A stretch of DNA of 64,000 nucleotides from an uncultured Planctomycetales bacterium. GTDB taxonomy: Bacteria > Omnitrophota > Gorgyraeia > Zapsychrales > Fredricksoniimonadaceae. Both the position numbers and the translations under genes were made by a program. Below, one piece after another: positions 56,627 through 64,000 of the stretch. Every line of letters begins with the position of its first letter. Position 1 is the stretch's first letter. Under the pieces are notes generated by a model. It did not search any database. It saw nothing but the letters and a program-made list of their open reading frames with translations, and was not told the DNA's origin. The stretch is taken from positions 78,790 through 142,789 of the forward strand of contig CAZFNI010000006.1 in NCBI GenBank assembly GCA_964520655.1. The letters are read 5' to 3'.

Positions 56627-57715
56627 ATGTTTTATTTTTTATCAGGACTTTCCGAGGCGTATTCAGGGTTTAACATCTTTCGCTATATCACGTTCCGTGC
56701 CGGCATGGCCGCGGTCACGGCGTTCTTATTGTGTTTGATCTTAGGGCCAGTATTCATCCGTTTATTTAAAGCATACAAGATCAAGGAGGTCAATAAACGT
56801 AAAGATGCGCCGTCGCTGGATAAATTCCAGGAGAAAAAGGAAGGGACTCCGACGATGGGGGGGTTGTTTATTGTCGGCAGTATCGTGCTGTCAGTGCTGC
56901 TGTGGGCGAATCTGACCAACCATTTTATCCAGGTCACGCTGTTTGTTTTTGTCGCGCTCGCGCTTGTCGGTGGTATTGACGATTATATTAAGTTAAAAGG
57001 CATCGGTAAACACCGGGGGATCAGGTCCCGGACGAAATTGATCTGGCAGGTGGTCATCGCCTCCGGAGCGGCCTTGTATGCGTATTTGAATCCGGATGTG
57101 ACGAGTAGCCTTGATATCCCCTTCTTTAAATACCTGGTCATTGATCTGGGTGCGTTCTTTGTGTTCTGGGTCGTGGTGGTGGTGGTCGGCTCATCGAATG
57201 CGGTCAATTTGACTGACGGACTTGACGGTCTGGCCATCGGCTGCACATTGATGGTGGCATTTACTTTAGGGGTGCTCAGTTATGTCGCCGGTAACTTCGC
57301 GATGAGCGATTACCTCTGGGTGCCCTATATCCCAGGCACCGGCGAGCTGACGGTATTCTGCGCGGCCATGGTGGGAGCGAGCCTCGGGTTCTTGTGGTTT
57401 AACTGCCATCCGGCATCTGTGTTCATGGGTGATGTGGGGTCATTGGCTTTAGGCGGGGCATTGGGAATGATCGCTGTTTTTATTAAGAAGGAGATATGGC
57501 TGGTCGTACTCGGGGGCGTTTTTGTCATTGAGGCTGGCTCGGTCATCCTGCAGGTACTGTCCTTTAAGATCACGGGAAAAAGGATATTTAAAATGTCCCC
57601 TTTCCATCATCATCTGCAGTTATCCGGCTGGAACGAGAATAAGATCATTGTGCGTTTTTGGATCCTGGCCATCATCCTGGCGATGCTGACGATAACCATA
57701 TTGAAGATCAGGTAA
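56627..57715 (+). CDS. mraY: Phospho-N-acetylmuramoyl-pentapeptide-transferase
   Basis: 10-TM protein with NAVNLTDGLDGLA and MGDVGSL motifs. Confidence 0.93.
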   Translation: MFYFLSGLSEAYSGFNIFRYITFRAGMAAVTAFLLCLILGPVFIRLFKAYKIKEVNKRKDAPSLDKFQEKKEGTPTMGGLFIVGSIVLSVLLWANLTNHFIQVTLFVFVALALVGGIDDYIKLKGIGKHRGIRSRTKLIWQVVIASGAALYAYLNPDVTSSLDIPFFKYLVIDLGAFFVFWVVVVVVGSSNAVNLTDGLDGLAIGCTLMVAFTLGVLSYVAGNFAMSDYLWVPYIPGTGELTVFCAAMVGASLGFLWFNCHPASVFMGDVGSLALGGALGMIAVFIKKEIWLVVLGGVFVIEAGSVILQVLSFKITGKRIFKMSPFHHHLQLSGWNENKIIVRFWILAIILAMLTITILKIR

Positions 57716-57718
57716 GCT

Positions 57719-58981
57719 ATGGCATTACAGATCAAGGGAAAGACGGGGTTGGTCTTAGGCGCGGCACGCAGCGGCATTGCGGTCGCCCGTACGATCATCG
57801 ATCTGGGCGGCAAGGTCATGGTTTCCGAGTTTAAGCCGCGTGACGCTGTGGCTAGGGAGCTGGAAGAGTTGGCGTTGTTAAATGCTACCGTCGAGGTTGG
57901 CGGACATACCCGGGAATTTATTTTAAAAAGCGACTATATCGTTCTTTCTCCCGGTGTCAGGATGGACATCCCGCCAGTAGAGTGGGCGAAAGAGGCTGGC
58001 ATTGAGGTGATGGGGGAGATCGAGTTCGCCTATCGTTTGTGCCCATGTCCCATCATCGCGGTGACCGGCAGCAACGGCAAGACGACCACGGTGACATTGA
58101 TCGCGCGGGTCTTGCAAAAGGCCGGCAAGAATGCCGTCTTATGCGGCAATATCGGCAGTCCTTTTTCCAAACATGTGCTGTTCTTGAAAGCGTCTGATAT
58201 CGTGGTGCTGGAGATCAGTTCGTTCCAGCTGGAGTCTACGACCACGTTCAAACCAAAAGTCGCCGTTTGGCTCAATTTCTCCCAGAACCATTTAGACCGA
58301 CATAAAGATCTGGAAGAATATTTTCAGGCGAAGAAAAAGATCTTCGCTCAACAGGACGCTGGTGATACGGCGGTCTTAAACGCGGGACAAGCGGAATTTC
58401 AAGCGATGGCAGCAACGCTCAAGAGTCGAGTGGTCTTTTTTGATCGGGATGATCCGCAGGACGCGGGACTCAATGCCAATCAAATGGCGGTGATCGCATC
58501 CGTCGGTGCGATGGGTGTGCCTAGAGATGTCTGTCTGGAGGTATTTGCGTCATTTAAAGGGGTTGAACACCGCCTGGAATTTGTGCGGAATTTAGGCGGG
58601 GTCGAGTATATCAACGATTCCAAGTCAACAACACCGGAAGCTGGACGATGGGCTATGAGCTATTTGACCAAACCTTTGGTCATGATCTGTGGCGGCAGCG
58701 ATAAACATGCGGATTTTTCCGGGTTAAGGGACCTGGCTCGTGCCAAGGTCAGGAAAATGATCGTGATCGGTACGACCAAAGAGCAGTTGCGCCGGACATT
58801 CGCGGATATTGTCCCGCTTGCTGTCTGCGGCACTCTGCCCGAGGCCGTGGCATTAGCCAGAAGTGATGCGCGTGCTGGCGATATTGTTGTTTTGTCGCCC
58901 ATGTGCGCGAGCTTTGACATGTTCAAGGATTATGAACACCGGGGACAGGTTTTTAAAGAGATCGTGAGCCAGTTGACATAA
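57719..58981 (+). CDS. murD: UDP-N-acetylmuramoylalanine--D-glutamate ligase
   Basis: Mur ligase with VTGSNGKTTT P-loop. Position between mraY and ftsW. Confidence 0.9.
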   Translation: MALQIKGKTGLVLGAARSGIAVARTIIDLGGKVMVSEFKPRDAVARELEELALLNATVEVGGHTREFILKSDYIVLSPGVRMDIPPVEWAKEAGIEVMGEIEFAYRLCPCPIIAVTGSNGKTTTVTLIARVLQKAGKNAVLCGNIGSPFSKHVLFLKASDIVVLEISSFQLESTTTFKPKVAVWLNFSQNHLDRHKDLEEYFQAKKKIFAQQDAGDTAVLNAGQAEFQAMAATLKSRVVFFDRDDPQDAGLNANQMAVIASVGAMGVPRDVCLEVFASFKGVEHRLEFVRNLGGVEYINDSKSTTPEAGRWAMSYLTKPLVMICGGSDKHADFSGLRDLARAKVRKMIVIGTTKEQLRRTFADIVPLAVCGTLPEAVALARSDARAGDIVVLSPMCASFDMFKDYEHRGQVFKEIVSQLT

Positions 58982-58982
58982 T

Positions 58983-60077
58983 ATGAGAGATTCCCGTATA
59001 GCTTTGACCATTGTGACGATGACGCTTATTTGCGTGGGCGTCGTCATGATCTATTCCGCCAGCTGTGTGAACGCGATGGAAATATTTAAAGACAGTTTAT
59101 ACTATCTTAAACGACATTTGATCTTTCTAGGCATGGGATTGATGGCGACCTATGTGGTCATGAGCGTTGATTACCATCAGATCCAACCGTATGCCCGCCG
59201 TATTTTGCTTGTCAGTATTGTTCTTTTGGCACTGGTCTTGATCCCTCACATCGGGAAAGAAAGTTACGGGGCCCGACGGTGGTTTAAACTTGGGGTGTTC
59301 CATTTTCAGCCCTCGGAATTAGCGAAATTGGCCATGATCGTTTTTACGGCGGATTTTTTGGCGCGCAAACAGGATATCATCAAGAATTTCTGGCGCGGCT
59401 TTCTGCCGGTCATTCTGGTGATGGGAGTTGTCTGCGCGCTGACCGTCAAACAGCCGGATCTGGGGACAACGGTCGAGACAGCCTTTGTGGTACTGGTCAT
59501 GCTGTTCATTGGCGGAGCACGCAAACGGCATATGGCCATGATCGGATTGGGCGGGGTGGTCATGGTGACCTATTTGATCATCAAGGAACCTTACCGTATG
59601 GCGCGCATCATCGCTTTCTTGGATCCCTGGCAGGACAGTCAGGGGATAGGATTCCAATTGACCCAATCCCAGATCGCTTTAGGGTCCGGTGGAGTTCTGG
59701 GCGTCGGGTTAGGTCACAGCCAGCAAAAACTATTTTATTTGCCCGCGGCGCACACGGATTTCATCCTTTCGATCATCGGGGAGGAGTTGGGAATGGTTGG
59801 GGCCTTCGCTGTCATTGGTTTGTTCGTCATGTTCATTTGGTACGGGACCCGGATCATCCGGCAGACACATGATGCCTTTGGGTATTTCATGGCGATCGGC
59901 ATTGTCACCATGCTGGGGTTACAGGCCATGGTCAATGTGGGGGTATCGATCGGTGCTTTCCCGACAAAAGGTTTGCCTTTGCCGTTTATCAGCTACGGCG
60001 GGTCCGCGCTTATTTTTCATTTGATGGCTGTCGGGATACTGCTAAATGTATCCAAGTCCGGGGATTATAAAATATGA
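58983..60077 (+). CDS. ftsW: Peptidoglycan glycosyltransferase FtsW (SEDS family)
   Basis: 10-TM SEDS protein with GVSIGAFPTKGLPLPFISYGGSA motif. Confidence 0.9.
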   Translation: MRDSRIALTIVTMTLICVGVVMIYSASCVNAMEIFKDSLYYLKRHLIFLGMGLMATYVVMSVDYHQIQPYARRILLVSIVLLALVLIPHIGKESYGARRWFKLGVFHFQPSELAKLAMIVFTADFLARKQDIIKNFWRGFLPVILVMGVVCALTVKQPDLGTTVETAFVVLVMLFIGGARKRHMAMIGLGGVVMVTYLIIKEPYRMARIIAFLDPWQDSQGIGFQLTQSQIALGSGGVLGVGLGHSQQKLFYLPAAHTDFILSIIGEELGMVGAFAVIGLFVMFIWYGTRIIRQTHDAFGYFMAIGIVTMLGLQAMVNVGVSIGAFPTKGLPLPFISYGGSALIFHLMAVGILLNVSKSGDYKI

Positions 60078-61141
60078 AGGTGCTGATATCGACGGGCGGC
60101 AGCGGCGGTCATATTTTCCCTGCCCTTAAGACCGGCCTGGAATTAAAGCGGCGTGGCCATGAGGTCGTGTTTGCCGGGGCCCTGTCGATGTGCGTTGATA
60201 AGGTCAGGCAAGAAGGTTTTGAGGCTCATGTGATCAATGCCGGCGGTCTGACAGACAGGTCGCCAGCAGGCTTATTTCGTTTTTGTTCGGTCATGACAGG
60301 CGCATTGGGTCAGGCGTTCGTGCTTGTGGGCCGCATCCGTCCAGATAAGGTCATTGGTTTTGGCGGATATGGGTCTTTCCCGGTGCTGATGGCGGCGTGC
60401 CTGAAAGGTTATCCGGCCATGCTCCATGAGCAGAACGTGGCCGTCGGCAAAGCCAACCGGATCCTGGGAAAGTTCGTCAGAAAAGTCGCGGTCTCATTTC
60501 AGGAAACGTCAACGGCGTTCGGCCCAAAAGCGGTCTGGACCGGATGCCCCTGCCATAACAGTCCTTCTTTAAACACCAAGGATAACATTTTGGCTGATCT
60601 AGGACTGACAAAAGGGGCTAAGATCATTGTGCTGTTGGGCGGCAGCCAGGGCAGCCAATTTTTGAATCAAACATTTTATGACGCTGTGAAGCCTTTATTA
60701 AAGAAAGGCGTTGTGGAAGCCGTTCATGTGACGGGAAAGACAGAATTTGAACATTATCAACAGCGCTACAGCAACGAAGGCCTTCCGGTTGTTGCGAGGG
60801 ATTTTTTCAGTCCGATCGAGGATGTGTATACAGTTGCGGATGTGATCATCAGCCGTGCGGGGGCCGCGACGGTCAGCGAACTGGGATGTTGGGCGATCCA
60901 TTCGGTTTTAGTTCCTTATCCATATGCCCATGGGCATCAGGTCTATAATGCGCGCGTGCTGGAACGCGCGGGCAGCGCGAAACTTATTGAACAGCGGGAT
61001 CTGTCGGTTGAAGTGCTGCGCCGAACTATCGAAGGTTTGATCGAGAAGACACAAGACAAGCAGGAGATGGTGCGAAAGAATGGCGCGTTGTTTGTGTCGG
61101 ACGCGGCCGCACGTTTGGCAGATGCCGTGGAGGTCTTATGA
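60074..61141 (+). CDS. murG: UDP-N-acetylglucosamine--N-acetylmuramyl-(pentapeptide) pyrophosphoryl-undecaprenol N-acetylglucosamine transferase
   Basis: GT28 GTGGSGGHIFPAL N-terminus and a C-terminal GGSQGS motif. Confidence 0.92.
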   Translation: MKVLISTGGSGGHIFPALKTGLELKRRGHEVVFAGALSMCVDKVRQEGFEAHVINAGGLTDRSPAGLFRFCSVMTGALGQAFVLVGRIRPDKVIGFGGYGSFPVLMAACLKGYPAMLHEQNVAVGKANRILGKFVRKVAVSFQETSTAFGPKAVWTGCPCHNSPSLNTKDNILADLGLTKGAKIIVLLGGSQGSQFLNQTFYDAVKPLLKKGVVEAVHVTGKTEFEHYQQRYSNEGLPVVARDFFSPIEDVYTVADVIISRAGAATVSELGCWAIHSVLVPYPYAHGHQVYNARVLERAGSAKLIEQRDLSVEVLRRTIEGLIEKTQDKQEMVRKNGALFVSDAAARLADAVEVL

Positions 61142-61920
61142 GAATATTGTTGATGGCGCTGTTGCTCGTTGTCACTGCATCCAGCGTGTGCCTGGCTGCC
61201 AATAAGGAATGGAAAGAGTATAAGACGGATAATTTCAGGATATTCGCTCATCAGGTGGATGAGGATTTTATCAATGCCGTGATGACGGAGGCCGAAAGCG
61301 CATTGTCCCACGTGAAGGATAATCTGGGGATCAACAGGCACCGCGTGTGGCCGCTGGATAAACCGGTGGCGATCCACATTTACAAGGATGAACAGGATTA
61401 TATCAAGAACGGTTGTCAGGCCAAATGGTCCCATGGGGTGACCATCGTGGAGGATCGTTCTATCCGTACCTATCCTTCGGCCAGCGGTTTTTTCGACAGC
61501 ATACTCCCGCATGAACTTGGACATATTGTCCTGCATGAGTATCTGGGGATGCATATTGCGGTCCCCAACTGGTTTGATGAAGGGGTTGCCCAGTATCAGG
61601 AGAAAGCCAAGCAGTTGGGTAGTCATAAAAAAGTCGCCGCTGCGGTGAAAAATAGGAAATTTATTCCGTTGACGGAATTGACGAATATGAGATTATATTC
61701 AGAGATCGATCTGGACACCTTGGCGCTGTTCTATGCGGAATCCGCCAGTGTTGTCAATTTTATGATCACACAGTCTGATGATTTTCATTTTCAGAAATTA
61801 TGCCGGGAATTGAAGGAAAGCCGCAGTTTCCATGATGCTCTGACCGACGCGTATCCCCGGATCAAAAGTATAGAGGACTTAAACAAGAAATGGCTGGAGT
61901 TTTTAAAGGATTATGAATAA
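61138..61920 (+). CDS. Secreted gluzincin-like zinc metallopeptidase (peptidase MA-type HEXXH-X18-E)
   Basis: Signal peptide (MRILLMALLLVVTASSVCLAA). HELGHIVLHEYLGMHIAVPNWFDEGVAQ carries HEXXH with a Glu exactly 18 residues after the second His. Inserted between murG and murC. Confidence 0.6.
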   Translation: MRILLMALLLVVTASSVCLAANKEWKEYKTDNFRIFAHQVDEDFINAVMTEAESALSHVKDNLGINRHRVWPLDKPVAIHIYKDEQDYIKNGCQAKWSHGVTIVEDRSIRTYPSASGFFDSILPHELGHIVLHEYLGMHIAVPNWFDEGVAQYQEKAKQLGSHKKVAAAVKNRKFIPLTELTNMRLYSEIDLDTLALFYAESASVVNFMITQSDDFHFQKLCRELKESRSFHDALTDAYPRIKSIEDLNKKWLEFLKDYE

Positions 61921-63277
61921 ACATTACCATTTGATCGGCATTGGCGGTATTGGGATGGGGACATTGGCGTCGCTGTTATTGTCCCAGGGACACCGTGTCA
62001 GCGGTTCTGATCTCAAAGAAAATGATCTGATCGCGCGTTTGCGCAAAGAAGGTGCTCTTATTACGATCGGTCATCAAGCCGGCAATGTTCAAAACCCGGA
62101 TGTTGTCGTCTATTCTTCAGCGGTGCGTATCCAGAACCCTGAGCGGATCGAGGCGGAAAGCAAGAATATCCCTGTTGTCCTGCGAGCCAAAGTGCTGGCG
62201 GATCTTGTCAACGAGAAAAAAGGGATCACGGTCGCCGGGGCCCACGGCAAGACCACCACGACATCCATGGTCAGTACAGTGCTGATCGCCGCCGGGCTTA
62301 ATCCCACGACCGCGGTCGGGGGCATCTGTGCGCATCACGCGAATTTGGGGGCTGGTGAATATTTTGTGGCTGAGGCCGATGAGAGCGACGGGACATTTCT
62401 GCTCTTTAAGCCCATGATCTCTGTGATCACTAATATTGATTTTGAACATGTGGACCATTATAAGAATTGGGATGGTATTTTGGCGGGATACACGCAGTTT
62501 ATCCAGTGCACGGCCAAAGGCGGATTGGTTGTCGCCTGCGGTGAAGATGGCCGATTGTCGGCGCTGCTGGATAGATCTTCCGTGCGCAATGTCCGCTATG
62601 GGCTGCGTTCGGGATTCGATGTTTATGCCCAGAATATCAAAATGCAGGGTTTTGACACCACATTTGATGTCTTGACCCAAAAAGGTTATCTGGGAAGTTT
62701 TAAGTTATCTGTTCCGGGAGAGCATAATGTATTAAACGCCCTTGCGTCGATCGCTGTTGGTTTGGAATTGCGGATCGATGTGCCCGTCATGCGGGATGCG
62801 CTGGCTGGGTTTACCGGCGTCAAACGCCGTTTTCAGCTTAAAGGGCAGATCGACGGGGTCATGGTCGTTGATGATTATGGGCATCACCCTTCAGAGATCG
62901 CGGCCACGATCAAAGCCGCCAGGAGTTTTGCGCCCAAGCGGCTGGTTGTGGCGTTTCAGCCGCATCGGTATTCCCGCACTAAATTCTTGTTAAATGAATT
63001 TGTGGAGGCTTTAAAGCTCGCGGATAATGTGATATTGACGGACATTTATGAAGCCAGTGAAAAAGTCACGGAAGGTGTTTCGACCGATGTGCTGTTGGCG
63101 AAGATCAAGGAACAAATGGGCGAGAAGATCGTTTACATGAAAAAAGAAGGGATCGTTGACCATGCCTCGGCCAATGCCCGTCCCGGGGATCTTGTCCTGT
63201 TCTTAGGCGCCGGGGATATTTATCATTTATCTGATCAGCTGGTGGCAAAATTGTCGCATAAAAAGGTTGGGGTATGA
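61913..63277 (+). CDS. murC: UDP-N-acetylmuramate--L-alanine ligase
   Basis: HLIGIGGIGM and GAHGKTTTTSM P-loop. Mur ligase C-terminal domain. Confidence 0.92.
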   Translation: MNKHYHLIGIGGIGMGTLASLLLSQGHRVSGSDLKENDLIARLRKEGALITIGHQAGNVQNPDVVVYSSAVRIQNPERIEAESKNIPVVLRAKVLADLVNEKKGITVAGAHGKTTTTSMVSTVLIAAGLNPTTAVGGICAHHANLGAGEYFVAEADESDGTFLLFKPMISVITNIDFEHVDHYKNWDGILAGYTQFIQCTAKGGLVVACGEDGRLSALLDRSSVRNVRYGLRSGFDVYAQNIKMQGFDTTFDVLTQKGYLGSFKLSVPGEHNVLNALASIAVGLELRIDVPVMRDALAGFTGVKRRFQLKGQIDGVMVVDDYGHHPSEIAATIKAARSFAPKRLVVAFQPHRYSRTKFLLNEFVEALKLADNVILTDIYEASEKVTEGVSTDVLLAKIKEQMGEKIVYMKKEGIVDHASANARPGDLVLFLGAGDIYHLSDQLVAKLSHKKVGV

Positions 63278-64000
63278 GCAACGTTTCAGAGTTTGGCAAT
63301 ATTGGTGTTTTGATGGGCGGGTATTCGTCGGAGAGGCAGATCTCGCTTAAGTCCGGACAGGGAGTCCTTGATGCCCTGACGCAAGCAGGTTATCCGGTCG
63401 TGGCCATCGACATTACGCTCCAGGACAGACATAAGATCAAGGAACAGATCGCCAATGCGGCCATCGACATCGCTTTTATCGCCCTTCATGGGCGTTTAGG
63501 GGAAGACGGTGTGATCCAATCCATTTTAGAGGAGATGAATATCCCCTACACCGGTTCTGGCGTGGCGGCGAGCCAGAAAGCATTCAATAAAACAACAACG
63601 CAGAAGATCTTTAAAAGCAGCGGTCTTCCTGTCCCGGAACATTTTTGTATTACCGACGGTCAGCGGAAAGATTTCAAGGAAGTCTTCGCGGTCTTGAAAA
63701 AACTGCCGTTTATCGTCAAGGCCGCCTGCGAGGGATCCAGCATCGGCATTTATATGGTGCGTCACCCTTCTCAATGGGATGCCACGATCAAGGATGCCCT
63801 GGCCTTCGGACCTTATGTGATCGTCGAGAAATACATTAAGGGCCGCGAGATCACCGCCGGTGTCTTTGACAATGAAGCCCTGCCGTTAGTTGAGATCCGT
63901 CCCAAGACTGCCATGTTCGATTTTAATTCGAAATATCAGAAAGGGTTGACCGAATACGATGTCCCGGCACGGTTGGATAATGATCTTGCTTTAAGGATAC
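63274..64000 (+). CDS. ddl: D-alanine--D-alanine ligase. N-terminal portion; runs off the window end.
   Basis: ATGA overlap with the murC stop. IGVLMGGYSSEREISLKSG and ATP-grasp motifs (EKYIKGREITAGV). No stop codon before nt 64000. Confidence 0.88.
   Translation, partial: MSNVSEFGNIGVLMGGYSSERQISLKSGQGVLDALTQAGYPVVAIDITLQDRHKIKEQIANAAIDIAFIALHGRLGEDGVIQSILEEMNIPYTGSGVAASQKAFNKTTTQKIFKSSGLPVPEHFCITDGQRKDFKEVFAVLKKLPFIVKAACEGSSIGIYMVRHPSQWDATIKDALAFGPYVIVEKYIKGREITAGVFDNEALPLVEIRPKTAMFDFNSKYQKGLTEYDVPARLDNDLALRI

Noticed and set aside
60943-62680. Long minus-strand ORFs (60943-61626, 62117-62680) inside murG, the peptidase gene and murC
   Set aside because: They are antisense to strongly supported dcw genes, have no motifs, and are of unusual composition. 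They are spurious.

Overview
This 64 kb window is a gene-dense bacterial chromosomal segment, about 50% GC, with almost all genes on the + strand. It holds housekeeping operons interleaved with several unusual loci.

Recognisable blocks, in order:
- C-terminal end of an outer-membrane porin, then a phosphate-uptake operon pstS-pstC-pstA-pstB-pstB-phoU with two tandem, mutually degenerate PstB ATPases.
- An orphan NuoF-like flavoprotein and a second porin with a strong terminator.
- A tightly coupled 7-gene operon of uncharacterised proteins centred on a ParA/MinD-type ATPase fused to a CBM48/AMPK-beta glycogen-binding domain. It also encodes a membrane-anchored CBM-like protein, a DUF4870 protein, a lysine-rich beta-barrel protein, an Flp-type pilin-like peptide and two small proteins.
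- rpsO-pnp, ftsK, rodZ-like, rimO, pgsA, pgpA.
- A surface-glycan locus: GH26-like hydrolase, a divergent B12-binding radical-SAM gene, a CDP-3,6-dideoxyhexose pathway (rfbF, rfbG, epimerase/reductase, rfbH) and a lipid-carrier GT2.
- Riboflavin genes ribBA-ribH-nusB, ribD, ribE and later ribF, with ribD bracketed by two inverted copies of a ~160 bp imperfect-palindromic repeat.
- ptsI, tRNA-Pro(CGG), ligA, xerD-like, a short CCA-type nucleotidyltransferase, rbfA, nrnA, truB.
- A ~1812-aa ORFan giant protein immediately upstream of the dcw cluster.
- mraZ-rsmH-ftsL-ftsI-murE-murF-mraY-murD-ftsW-murG-[gluzincin-like peptidase]-murC-ddl, with a near-consensus promoter and a GTGGNG x3 MraZ-box-like repeat upstream of mraZ.

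No CRISPR array, IS element or rRNA was seen. The most promising candidates for an undescribed system are the ParA-CBM48 operon and the giant protein; both calls rest on motif-level reading of the translations only.
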